Source: Bacteroidota bacterium
Lineage (GTDB): Bacteria; Bacteroidota; Ignavibacteria; Kryptoniales; JAKASW01
Direction: 5' to 3'
Assembly: GCA_021845665.1 (NCBI GenBank)
Contig: JAJZVO010000019.1
Span: forward strand, 919-64,918
DNA: 64,000 nucleotides
The position numbers and the translations under genes are program-made. Positions 19,052 to 28,782 of the stretch are shown here, piece after piece. The first letter of the stretch is position 1. Each line of letters begins with the position of its first letter. The notes under the pieces are model-generated. The model saw only the letters and a program-made list of their open reading frames with translations. It had not been told where the DNA came from and did no database searches.

Positions 19052-20443
19052 GTGAAGCTCGCCTGGTACATACTTAAGCGCCACATTGGACCGTTCATAT
19101 TCTCGAACATCGTCATCACATTTATCTTTCTCCTGCAGTTCCTTATGCAATCGATGGATCAAATCGTAGGAAAGGGACTCAGCCTGACCGTTATCACACA
19201 ATTGATCGTATTCAATCTCGCATGGATCGTCGTCCTTGCCGTTCCTATGTCGGTTCTGGTCGCGGTTCTCATGGCCTTCGGCGGACTATCGGCGAGCAAT
19301 GAGGTAACTGCGATCAAGGGATCTGGCATAAGCCTGGTCAGGATGATGCTCCCGGTGCTGATCGCATCCGTCGGGGTATTTTATTTGCTCGTGCTCTTCG
19401 ACAACGACGTCCTTCCGAATGCAAATCACGAAGCTAAGACAATAATGATCGACATCAGGAGAAAAAAACCGACATTCACGATCGAGCCCGGACAATTCTC
19501 ACAGGAAATTGACGGACATGCGATTCTCGTTAGGAAGACGGTGCCGAACTCGACGGAGCTTTATGGAGTAACCATATTTGATTTTTCAGATCCGCAGAAA
19601 TTCACGACCATCACAGCGGAACGTGGCAAGGTCGGTTTTTCTCCCGACCTGAAACACTTGATTATGGTCCTGTACGACGGTGAAGTTGACGAGTACAATA
19701 ACAACCAGGTCGGGATATATCAAAGGGTAAGGTTCAAGCACCAGCAGATAGTTTTGAGGGCGGAGGGTTTTGCATACGAACAATCTTCTGAAAACGCATT
19801 CCAGCGAGGTGACCGCGAGCTTAGCGCCGATTCGATGGAATCGATAGTTGCTGGAATGGTAAAGCAACGGAATATTCTAACCGGGCAGGTCAATAACTAT
19901 GTGCAATCGAATTTCCGGAGTCTGTTGTCCCCCTCGCCAGATGGAATTCACGCGGCGAGGCCGAGAACCCGGGAAGGGATCTTCGAGCTCGCCGAGTCGA
20001 GGATAAAATCGGCGGGCAACATAGCCCGCAGCCTTTATTCAAGCGTCAACACGACGCAGGCCGAGATTTACGCTTACGAGGTAGAGATCCAAAAGAAGTA
20101 TTCCATCCCATTCGCTGCTATCGTGTTTGTTTTCCTCGGTGCGCCGCTCGGGATGATGTCGCGCCGCGGTAATTTCGGAGTCTCCGCAGGCTTAAGCCTC
20201 CTCTTCTTTCTGGTGTATTGGGCTTTTCTAATAGCCGGCGAGAAACTTGCCGACCGCGAAATGCTGAGCCCCTTCATGGCGATGTGGCTTGCCAACATTG
20301 TGCTGGGGGGAATGGGCGTCGCCATGACCTATAAGGTTTCGAAGGAATCGATGATCATCAACTGGGATCGATTCATGCGTTTCATTCCAAAGAGGTGGGT
20401 ATCTGACGAAACGCTGTCCGAAATATCGAGACTGGAACGATAG
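19052..20443 (+). CDS. lptF: LPS export ABC permease LptF
   Basis: FGGLSASNEVTAIKGSGIS, EIQKKYSIPFA..F.FLGAPLG, WLANIV. Confidence 0.9.
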   Translation: MKLAWYILKRHIGPFIFSNIVITFIFLLQFLMQSMDQIVGKGLSLTVITQLIVFNLAWIVVLAVPMSVLVAVLMAFGGLSASNEVTAIKGSGISLVRMMLPVLIASVGVFYLLVLFDNDVLPNANHEAKTIMIDIRRKKPTFTIEPGQFSQEIDGHAILVRKTVPNSTELYGVTIFDFSDPQKFTTITAERGKVGFSPDLKHLIMVLYDGEVDEYNNNQVGIYQRVRFKHQQIVLRAEGFAYEQSSENAFQRGDRELSADSMESIVAGMVKQRNILTGQVNNYVQSNFRSLLSPSPDGIHAARPRTREGIFELAESRIKSAGNIARSLYSSVNTTQAEIYAYEVEIQKKYSIPFAAIVFVFLGAPLGMMSRRGNFGVSAGLSLLFFLVYWAFLIAGEKLADREMLSPFMAMWLANIVLGGMGVAMTYKVSKESMIINWDRFMRFIPKRWVSDETLSEISRLER

Positions 20444-20444
20444 C

Positions 20445-21530
20445 TTGAAGAAACTCGACATTTACATCATCAAGCAATTCGTGAGCGTAATCCTCTTTTC
20501 GCTTCTCGCTTTCGCGGCGATATTCATACTCGTCGACATAATGGACCACCTCGAAAATTTTCTCGATCATGGCGTCGGCCTCCTTTTGATTGCCAGATAC
20601 TACTTGGTGTTTACCCCAGAAATACTTACGCTCATTACGCCGGTCGCGGTCTTGCTCGCATGCCTTTTCACAACGGGGAGAATGTCGAACCAGAACGAGA
20701 TCGTCATCATAAAGAGTTCCGGCATCAACATTTACAGGCTCCTTCTCCCATTTCTATTAGTTACGAGCATCATTTGCGTGATTATGATTTACTTCAACGA
20801 ATGGATCGTCCCGATGGCTAACCATGAGAAGTACAGGATTGAGAAAATCTACCTTCAGGAACACCGGGAAGGATGGTGGAAGTACAACATCTTCATGCTC
20901 GATAGCCGTGACAGGATTGTGTCGATCGGCTATTATAACGACTACACAAACACGGCCGAACGAGTCTCCGTACAGGAATTCGCCGACACGAACCTGACTT
21001 ATCTCGTTCGCCGCTTTGATGCCGCGAACATGAGATACGACTCATCCAAGCACGAATGGATTTTGCACAACGTTATCGAGCGGACGTTCGACGGCAACAA
21101 ACAGACGTTTCAGACATTCGCCCGCTTGCCATTAAAGGAGATCAGTTTCAAGCCGAGCGACTTAAAGGAGAAGGAGCTTAATCCCAAGGACATGAACTTC
21201 CGGCAGCTCAAGAGGTTCATTGAGCTGCAAAAGAAAAGTGGTAACGACGTTGCGCGATATGAAGTCGACTACTACTCGAAGGTCTCCTTTCCGTTTGCGG
21301 CGATAATTGTCGTATTTTTCGGCGTGCCTCTCGCCGCAAGAAAGAAGAGGAGCGGATTGGCGCTGGAGTTCGGAATAAGCATACTTGTTTCATTTATCTA
21401 CCTGCTCGTCATAAAAGTCAGCGAGGTCCTGGGATACGATGGCTTTGTGAACCCGCTGCTGACTGCGTGGCTTGCCAACATCGTCTTCTTTGCGGCCGGG
21501 ATGTATAACACAGCCCGGGTAGCTCGCTAA
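20445..21530 (+). CDS. lptG: LPS export ABC permease LptG
   Basis: LDIYIIK, SNQNEIVIIKSSGI, KVSFPF...FFGVPLA, LTAWLANIVF. Confidence 0.9.
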   Translation: MKKLDIYIIKQFVSVILFSLLAFAAIFILVDIMDHLENFLDHGVGLLLIARYYLVFTPEILTLITPVAVLLACLFTTGRMSNQNEIVIIKSSGINIYRLLLPFLLVTSIICVIMIYFNEWIVPMANHEKYRIEKIYLQEHREGWWKYNIFMLDSRDRIVSIGYYNDYTNTAERVSVQEFADTNLTYLVRRFDAANMRYDSSKHEWILHNVIERTFDGNKQTFQTFARLPLKEISFKPSDLKEKELNPKDMNFRQLKRFIELQKKSGNDVARYEVDYYSKVSFPFAAIIVVFFGVPLAARKKRSGLALEFGISILVSFIYLLVIKVSEVLGYDGFVNPLLTAWLANIVFFAAGMYNTARVAR

Positions 21531-21622
21531 ACCGCACACGCATCGGGGAATCGACTACCGGTAGAGCGATTCAACCAATCGTCATTCCGGGCGTTAAGCC
21601 AGCTCACCCGAGGACGAGTCGA

Positions 21623-22429
21623 TCACTTTTTGCTCCTCAAAGCGCCGGTAAATTGGAGATGGATGCTCGGCCTTCCGTTTCTCCAGTTAATTTCCAGCGG
21701 GCTCTCAAAGAAATCGGTCAGGTTTGATTCCCTGAGGACCTGCTTGGTCTCTCCAAGGGAATGCACTTCCCCCTTCTTCAGCAGCAATGTCCGATTGAAA
21801 ACGGGGAGAATTTCCTCCACATGGTGAGCGACATAGAGCATTGTAGGCGAGTTTCCCGACCTGGCAACCACGTCAATTCCATCGAGGAAGTGTTCCCTTG
21901 CGAAGATATCAAGTCCAGTGCACGGTTCGTCCAGAATAAGTACTTTCGGATTGTTCATCATGGATCTTGCGAGGATGACACGCTGCCTTTCTCCCTGCGA
22001 TAGAGTTGAGTACGGCCGGGCCCTTAACTCGACGCAGCCGAATTGCTCCATTAACTCCGATGCTCTTCGGCGGTCTCGCGTCGACGATACGTCGTATAGC
22101 CCGATGCTGGCAAAACGTCCGCTAAGGACAATGTTCTCGACTTTCTCCTCGACCATAAGGTTCTCCTGCAAAGAAGAACTCACCCAGCCGATCGACTTGC
22201 GCAGTTGCCTCAGATCGCAGCTTCCGAATTTCTTTCCGAGGACGGTAACTTCGCCTTCAGATGGGAAAATGTAGCCACTGATAATTCCGAGAAGAGATGT
22301 CTTGCCCGACCCATTCAACCCAATGACGGCCCAATGCTCCCCTCGATTTACCTTCCAGTCGATATTTCGAAGTATATACTTCCCGCCCCGCTTCCATGAA
22401 ACGTTATTCATTTCCAACGATAGCATCAA
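21623..22429 (-). CDS. Stand-alone ABC ATPase (YlmA/ModF-like)
   Basis: GLNGSGKT Walker A, LSQGERQR signature, LILDEPC. Confidence 0.88.
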   Translation of the reverse strand: MMLSLEMNNVSWKRGGKYILRNIDWKVNRGEHWAVIGLNGSGKTSLLGIISGYIFPSEGEVTVLGKKFGSCDLRQLRKSIGWVSSSLQENLMVEEKVENIVLSGRFASIGLYDVSSTRDRRRASELMEQFGCVELRARPYSTLSQGERQRVILARSMMNNPKVLILDEPCTGLDIFAREHFLDGIDVVARSGNSPTMLYVAHHVEEILPVFNRTLLLKKGEVHSLGETKQVLRESNLTDFFESPLEINWRNGRPSIHLQFTGALRSKK

Positions 22430-22483
22430 AATGTCTCGCCTTTTTCCTGGTTGCCTTTTTGTGAATCGTGATACGCTGACTGC

Positions 22484-24469
22484 TTACTTCAGATACTTGA
22501 CCATCCAGTCGACCCATCGCCTGTAAACGTCAGTTGTGTGGACGATATCGCCGGGGAAATGTGAATTGGCCGGGTACACATAGAACTCAGTGTGCACGCC
22601 ATTATCCTGAAGTGCGTGAAACATTTCGTAGCTATTTACAATTGGAACGTTAGAGTCGCCGGCATCGCCCATAATCAAGGTCGGCGCCTTTACCTTCGGT
22701 GCGAAAATTATCGGGGATTGATCGCGCCAGATATTCCAATACTTTTTCACCCATGGTGAACCTCCAAAGAAATAAGTATCCCCTGCCTGGTAGAAAGAAA
22801 TGGTATAATCCATAACCCAATCGTTGAGCGCAGCGCCTTCGACTGCCGCTTTCCATTTGTCCGGATAATAGCCGTTCAGCCAGGAAGTCATATATCCGCC
22901 GTACGACCAGCCTGATATGCCTATGAGTTTCCTATTTATCATCCCGGTCGCCTCGATCTTTGCGAGCCCCGCCATCACGTCTTCTCCAGGTCCCTTCCCT
23001 GTGTCCCTGTAGAGCGCATGCTGATATGCATTTCCGAGGTTCGTACTTCCGCGGTAGTTTGGCTGGAACACGAAGAATCCACGCGCACAAAGAAGTTGTA
23101 CGAGCGAAGAGAAATTAACCGTCGAGGCGCCTTCCGGTCCACCATGAATGACAAGCACCATCGGATATTTCTTTCCGCTCTGATAGCCCACTGGAAAGTT
23201 CAATACTCCGTCTTCCTTGAACCCGCCTGGGCCGGTCCAATTCACACTCTCCACTTTCCCGAGCGACAGTGAATCGACAAACGAGTTGAAGTCGGTAAGC
23301 CTATGGGGCATCGACTCGACCGATTTCATGAAATATAGTTCGCCGGGATGATTCGGTGTGTTTCCGACGAAGGCTATGGCGCCGCTGTCCGAAACGCTCA
23401 GGATGCCCCCGGGCATTACATCCCCGAGATTCAACTCCGAGGCTGGTCCATTCAACGGTTGGACCCACATTATCGATCTGGTCCCCTTCTTTCCAGTGAG
23501 AAGGAGCTTCTTACCTCCTGGGAGCCACGCGAATTGATCGATGTTCCTGTCGAGACCTTTCGTTGGATTGAAGATTTTGCCGTTCTCTTCCACATACACC
23601 GCATTGCCGTTGTTCAGATCACCTTCGCGAGGGCGCATGAAGGCGAGTAAACCGCTACTTGGTGCGTATACCGGTTCAACCGATGCTGTATCCGGGACGA
23701 TAGTTTCCACTTTTCCGCCAAGTGTGTTCACCCGGGCGATCGTAGATCCCCAGACATCGCCGTACCAAACGTCTGGGAAACGAGCGAAGGCGATCGCGCG
23801 TCCGTCAGGGGTCCATGAGAGCGGGGTCATCATCCCTTTGTCGGTATTGAGACTCCACGCTCCTTCGGTAAGACGCTTAGGTGTACCACCTTTAGCCGGT
23901 ACGATCCAGATATGCCAGGGCTCTACCGCTGCTCTCACGGTGTAATCATTCTCGGTAACCTTGAACGCATCTTCGTGATGACTGATAGCTTCAGGATTCG
24001 GCACGGTATCCTGGGCAACGAAGGCAATCTCGTGTCCGTCAGGATTCCACGAGAACTCCGACACACTCGTCCTGGAATCCGTTATCCTCACCGGATCCCC
24101 TCCGTCCATAGGCATGACGAATATCTGCGCTTTCTTCGACCGCGAATCCCATGCGATGAAGGCAAGACTTTTCCCGTCGGGCGACCAGCGGAGATTCGAA
24201 ATATCATCCCGGCGATAACTCAGGCTTCGAATCGAACCGGTCCCGACGTCGACGAGTTCGATCTCCGGAACGCGCTTGTCTTTCTCCCAATCGGCACGAG
24301 AGATAATGAATGCGATCTCCTTTCCGTTCGGAGAAATTGCCGGGTTCGAGATGTCGACTATCTTCCTGAGATCTTTGAGCCGGAAAGGTTCGTGGGCGGG
24401 TTGAGCGATCGCGGAGGCGGTTACCAGGGAGAACGCCGCGGCCAAGAGGAAACGGCTGATTGGTTTCAT
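22484..24469 (-). CDS. Secreted S9-family peptidase (beta-propeller + alpha/beta hydrolase)
   Basis: Signal peptide, WSPDG repeats, IHGGP, NYRGS, GWSYGG nucleophile, Asp (DSNV) and His (SHF). Confidence 0.92.
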   Translation of the reverse strand: MKPISRFLLAAAFSLVTASAIAQPAHEPFRLKDLRKIVDISNPAISPNGKEIAFIISRADWEKDKRVPEIELVDVGTGSIRSLSYRRDDISNLRWSPDGKSLAFIAWDSRSKKAQIFVMPMDGGDPVRITDSRTSVSEFSWNPDGHEIAFVAQDTVPNPEAISHHEDAFKVTENDYTVRAAVEPWHIWIVPAKGGTPKRLTEGAWSLNTDKGMMTPLSWTPDGRAIAFARFPDVWYGDVWGSTIARVNTLGGKVETIVPDTASVEPVYAPSSGLLAFMRPREGDLNNGNAVYVEENGKIFNPTKGLDRNIDQFAWLPGGKKLLLTGKKGTRSIMWVQPLNGPASELNLGDVMPGGILSVSDSGAIAFVGNTPNHPGELYFMKSVESMPHRLTDFNSFVDSLSLGKVESVNWTGPGGFKEDGVLNFPVGYQSGKKYPMVLVIHGGPEGASTVNFSSLVQLLCARGFFVFQPNYRGSTNLGNAYQHALYRDTGKGPGEDVMAGLAKIEATGMINRKLIGISGWSYGGYMTSWLNGYYPDKWKAAVEGAALNDWVMDYTISFYQAGDTYFFGGSPWVKKYWNIWRDQSPIIFAPKVKAPTLIMGDAGDSNVPIVNSYEMFHALQDNGVHTEFYVYPANSHFPGDIVHTTDVYRRWVDWMVKYLK

Positions 24470-24562
24470 GGAAGTATCCCGTTAAATGAGTTCGTGTGAA
24501 TGGTACTCTTACGACTATCCATCAAATAAGCGAAAATGTGCTTGGCACGTCACAAGGGAAAT

Positions 24563-24583
24563 TTCATAATTGCTTCTTATGAA
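24563..24583. promoter_or_regulatory. Perfect 7-7-7 inverted repeat TTCATAA-N7-TTATGAA upstream of S9 peptidase
   Basis: Read directly; regulator unknown. Confidence 0.3.
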
Positions 24584-24724
24584 CTTACAAAGATGCGAAT
24601 TTTTTATCAACTCGATAAGTGTGCTGGCCAAGCGTTCTTCTGATCCGCAAAATGGATAGCGAGATTCAAAGTGCAAACGAGGACGGCAAGTGACGGGATC
24701 TTGCGACTCGAATCGAGGGAGTTT

Positions 24725-26461
24725 TCAACCCGTAATTTTGCGTTTCACGATTCGCTTAGCAAAGTGTAGCTTGGCCGTCGCAGGGAATTTCGCGGAGACA
24801 GTCTTTACTACTCCCTTCGTGAACCTTGTTCGTTTTGAGTAATCGACATCAACGCCGACAATTACCGTCATACCGCCGGCGCTCAAGTTAAGGGAGTTTT
24901 GAATTACCGGTTTCAGGTCATTATCCGAGGTTATTTCGAAGTACTCCGCACCGACCGTGCGCGCAAGTCCTTCCCAGTTAAATTTGCTGATGACGGTGCA
25001 CGTTTTTCTATTGTACGTGATCGCCTGGCTCTGCGAAATCTGAGACAGCTCGCCGTCGTCGAAGACAAAGTAAACGATCCCGAGTTTCTCGCGGACTGCA
25101 GTGACGAGCTCCATGCAAGTCATCAGGAAAGAACCGTCGCCGACAATTCCCACGACTTGCCTTTCCGGATTGGCGAGCTTTGCTCCGATTGCAGCCGGGA
25201 CGGCATACCCCATGCAGTTAAAATCGGTCGGAGAAATGACGAGATCCGACTTTAGAGATGTGAACAGCTCTGCGGTCAGATATGTATGGTTGCCGTCGTC
25301 TACTGCGATCACCGCAGGGCTGGTGAGCTGTGCGCGGAGCTCGGAGAAAAATTTCGCAGGGTTGACCCGCGGCGTCTTCAGCTGTAACCACTCTTTGGAG
25401 TAGGCCTTACGGTCTTTCTCAATCCGGGCTGCAACGGTCGTCCGGGAGGGAGCTTTCCTCGAAGTGCCCAGTTCATTTGATATCCCGGCGAGGACTTCAC
25501 GAGCGTCCCCTTCTATCGCAACACTCGCCGGATAGTTCTTGTTGAATACGTCGGGATCGATGTCTACATGAATGAGGTTGGCCGGGACTTTCATGCCGAA
25601 GCTGCCGGTAGGGATCTCGGCGAATCGCGTGCCGACAGCGAGGAGACAATCGCAATTCTTGAATGCATTAAAGGCTGCCGGTACCGCAGCGCGGCTGAAG
25701 CCCATCCCTGCGAACAACGGATGGTCGCCCGGGAAAACGGACAAACCCTGAAGTGTCGTAGCAACGGGAGCCGGGAGCGATTCGGCAATCTGAATCAGCA
25801 GTTCGGTTGAATTCCTGGCACCCCAGCCTGCAAAAATACCCGGATGTCGTGCATCTCTCAGGAATCCTGCCGCTTTTTTCAACTTATCGTGGTTCGCTTC
25901 CGGGATTACAGCAGGCGGGACCCTGCACGATTTAAAGTCCCCGCCATCCCCGGGAAACAGCTGTATGTTTGCCGGTATCTCAATAAAAACCGGGCCGGGT
26001 TTCCCCGAGATCGCAACCCGATAAGCTTCAAGAATCGCAGGGACAATCTCATCATGGGAACGTATCCGATAGCATTTCTTGGTAATCGCCGAAAGGACCG
26101 CGAGCTGGTCGATCTCGTGAAGTTGAAAACTCTTTCCGGTATCCGTGCGAATGCCGCCGGAGATAACCAGCAGTGGAACTCCATCCAGAAACGCTTCCCC
26201 GATTCCGCTCAGCGCATTTGTCATTCCTGCCGCCGGCACAATGACGAGCGTGCCGATCTCACCGGATGTCCGGCTGACTGCGTCGGCGATGAATGCTCCG
26301 CCAGCTTCGTGAGTAACAAGGATAGGTATGATCTTCCTGGAGTTTGCCAGTTCGTCGTAAAGTTCCGTGTTATGCACCCCGGGAATTCCGAAAGTGTGAC
26401 TCACCGGAAGTTGTTCCAGTGCATAAACGGCAAGGGCTGCGCCGGTAATCTTCATCATCAT
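24725..26461 (-). CDS. Thiamine-diphosphate-binding enzyme (acetolactate synthase-like family)
   Basis: FGIPGVHNTELY, THEAGGAF.AD, DFNCMGYAVPAAIGAKLA, VGDGSFLM. Confidence 0.9.
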   Translation of the reverse strand: MMMKITGAALAVYALEQLPVSHTFGIPGVHNTELYDELANSRKIIPILVTHEAGGAFIADAVSRTSGEIGTLVIVPAAGMTNALSGIGEAFLDGVPLLVISGGIRTDTGKSFQLHEIDQLAVLSAITKKCYRIRSHDEIVPAILEAYRVAISGKPGPVFIEIPANIQLFPGDGGDFKSCRVPPAVIPEANHDKLKKAAGFLRDARHPGIFAGWGARNSTELLIQIAESLPAPVATTLQGLSVFPGDHPLFAGMGFSRAAVPAAFNAFKNCDCLLAVGTRFAEIPTGSFGMKVPANLIHVDIDPDVFNKNYPASVAIEGDAREVLAGISNELGTSRKAPSRTTVAARIEKDRKAYSKEWLQLKTPRVNPAKFFSELRAQLTSPAVIAVDDGNHTYLTAELFTSLKSDLVISPTDFNCMGYAVPAAIGAKLANPERQVVGIVGDGSFLMTCMELVTAVREKLGIVYFVFDDGELSQISQSQAITYNRKTCTVISKFNWEGLARTVGAEYFEITSDNDLKPVIQNSLNLSAGGMTVIVGVDVDYSKRTRFTKGVVKTVSAKFPATAKLHFAKRIVKRKITG

Positions 26462-26465
26462 CTCC

Positions 26466-27813
26466 TCAATATTTGGTGATCGCTTTAGCAGCTACCCGGC
26501 CGGTCAGTATACAAGAGCCGAGGAAGGTTCCCTCGAGCGAACGCTTCCCGTGTATGCCGCCGCCGCCGAATCCCGCCGACTCTCCTGCCGCATACAGAAC
26601 CGTCAACCTGGACTCCGGGGAGGCTTGCCGCCTGCATCCTGCCAGCCAGTTCGGAAAGCGAACCGGCAGCGATGAAATCACGCGATTCCTGGAGAAGCCG
26701 TTTGACAAGACTCTTGTTGCCGAAAAGAATCTCCGTATAAAACTTCAGCCTTTGTCTGTTCCTGATCGAAGTCATGTAATCTGAACCCGATACTGCCAGT
26801 TCCTTGACCGCGATTTTCCAGTTGAGTACCTGCCACGAATACTGAGCAGGCGTTTTGCATATCCTCTCCACAAGAACCCGAGTGTCGGTATAACTGACGA
26901 GCGGAGGATCTTTGAATCTCCTTCCGGACGCATCGAGCCACAGCGCGGAACGCGGCGGTACAAGACTGAGTCCGTCGTTAGGTTGGTGCGGGTCAGGGTG
27001 ATGAACCCCCGCTGCGTAGTGCCAATGCTGATCGAGATGAGTGAGACGGCCTCCCATCCTCGCGACGGCATCCTGGACAAGCCCGTCGGCATACCGATGG
27101 GATCCGTTAAGGAGAATCTCGGGCGGCTTGCCCAGCTCGATATTCCAATGCTGTCGCACCTTGTTCAGATCGCCGCCGCAAATGCCGCCGGACGCAAGTA
27201 TCACCGCATCGCCTCGTGCTGAAAAGGTCTTGCCGGAATCCTCCCGCCGTCCCGAAACGCCGACAACCACTCCGCCGCTCCGGTCGAGTTCCTCTACCCT
27301 GTGCGAGAACAGCACCGTCAAGTGCTTAAATGAAGGATGCGCTTGCAGACTCCTCAGGACCATTTCGATTATTGCGAATCCTGTTCCCCAGGTTATGTGC
27401 CATCGAGGGACGGAATTGCCGCGGCGGTTCATTCCCCGCTCCGTCCAATTGACTACCGGAAGGAAAGTGACTCCTTTTCCCTTGAGCCACTCGTAGATGT
27501 ATTCGATCGAGTTACCGACATAGAATTTCGCCCACTCAATCGGCAAAAGATCCTCCCGCTCATACTCGGCATAACTCTGCCAATCCGACCAGGCGAGATC
27601 AGCTGAATCCTTGATACCTGACCTTCGTTGTTCCGGAGAACCGACGAACATGATCCCCCCAAACGATCTCCTTGCAAGGCCACCGATATTCTCCGGCAAA
27701 TCTCTTTCAATCAGAAGGACGCTCTTGTTATAGCCGAGAAGATCGTATGCCGCTGCAAGTCCGGCAAGTCCGGCCCCGACAATTATCACATCGGACTGAT
27801 AATCAATCGCCAT
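26466..27813 (-). pseudogene. FAD-binding dehydrogenase (KsdD-like/PRK12834 type) with internal deletion and frameshift
   Basis: GAGLAGL, GGLARRSFGG N-terminus; frame ends after VQVDG while LYAAGESAGFGGGGIHG...LEGTFLG continues in another frame (26466-26597). Confidence 0.8.
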
Positions 27814-28143
27814 CGGTCACTCCCACTTAAACTGTTCCCTGATATAATGCCCTTTCGGATTCCGATTTGCGGATGTTGATATGCGCATCTATGACCTTTA
27901 AGCGATGCTCTGGTCGCTGCCGGACCGCTCTTACAGCCCGTACGCGGCTTTCTCTTCGCTTTAGCTTTCTACCTCATAAGGGATCACTAATCGTTATGAA
28001 GATTGGATCGCTCACCCCGGAAATGGACGGATGGCATAGGCATGTGGGTGTCGTTCATATCAGCGCTTGCGGCTCCGATACTTGGAATAATTTTAAGACC
28101 TGTATGAGGCTGTCCAAGAATTAGCCATCCGATAAACCAAATT

Positions 28144-28581
28144 TCAATTCAGCACGGTAACCTGGAGTGAATCTGCCGTCACTTTCAACATAGCCTTGAC
28201 GGGATCGATCGCATTATCGCCCAATTCGTTGCCGCATCCGATAATGTAGATTACCTGCTGCGAACTGGAAATAGGAGCCACACTTCCCGCGACATAGCCA
28301 GCACCACTCGGTAAGGAAGTTGACAACGAAAAACTTCCGTTGCCGTTTGCGGTATCAAGCGGTGGAAGGCTGAAATTTTGGAAGTTACCTTCGCCGCCAC
28401 CGAACGAAATGGGCTTTCGATAGTACTGCTGCGCGACGGACCCGAGGTTCTCGAGATCACTTACCACCTGATCGCGATTTGTAGCTTCCGCATTGCTCTT
28501 GAATAGCGTTATGCCGACTGCGATGGCAACGCCGACTATAACGACTCCGAGTACAATCAACAACAACTGCTGAGTTCCCAT
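28144..28581 (-). CDS. MGTQQ-family small membrane/pilin-like protein, copy B
   Basis: MGTQQLLLIVLGVVIVGVAIAVG, AQQYYRKP..GGG; GGAG SD before ATG 28581. Confidence 0.8.
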   Translation of the reverse strand: MGTQQLLLIVLGVVIVGVAIAVGITLFKSNAEATNRDQVVSDLENLGSVAQQYYRKPISFGGGEGNFQNFSLPPLDTANGNGSFSLSTSLPSGAGYVAGSVAPISSSQQVIYIIGCGNELGDNAIDPVKAMLKVTADSLQVTVLN

Positions 28582-28782
28582 GAATAACTCCATATATCAG
28601 TGTCGACTCAATTTCAGGGTCCGCTCACTACCGACCCTTGTTTTCCCTCCTGGTAGCCGACGCGAAAGTATTTCAGAACTCAAGTCAATTTAGGAAATCG
28701 CCGGTGAACTTTCAAAAACCTTCCGACTGGTCGTTTGCGCAGTGTGCTGCAAATCACTTCCAATCCTCTTTCGGACATTCTC

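Noticed and set aside
27867-28124. 85-aa plus-strand ORF between FAD dehydrogenase and MGTQQ copy B
   Set aside because: No SD, motif or protein-like composition
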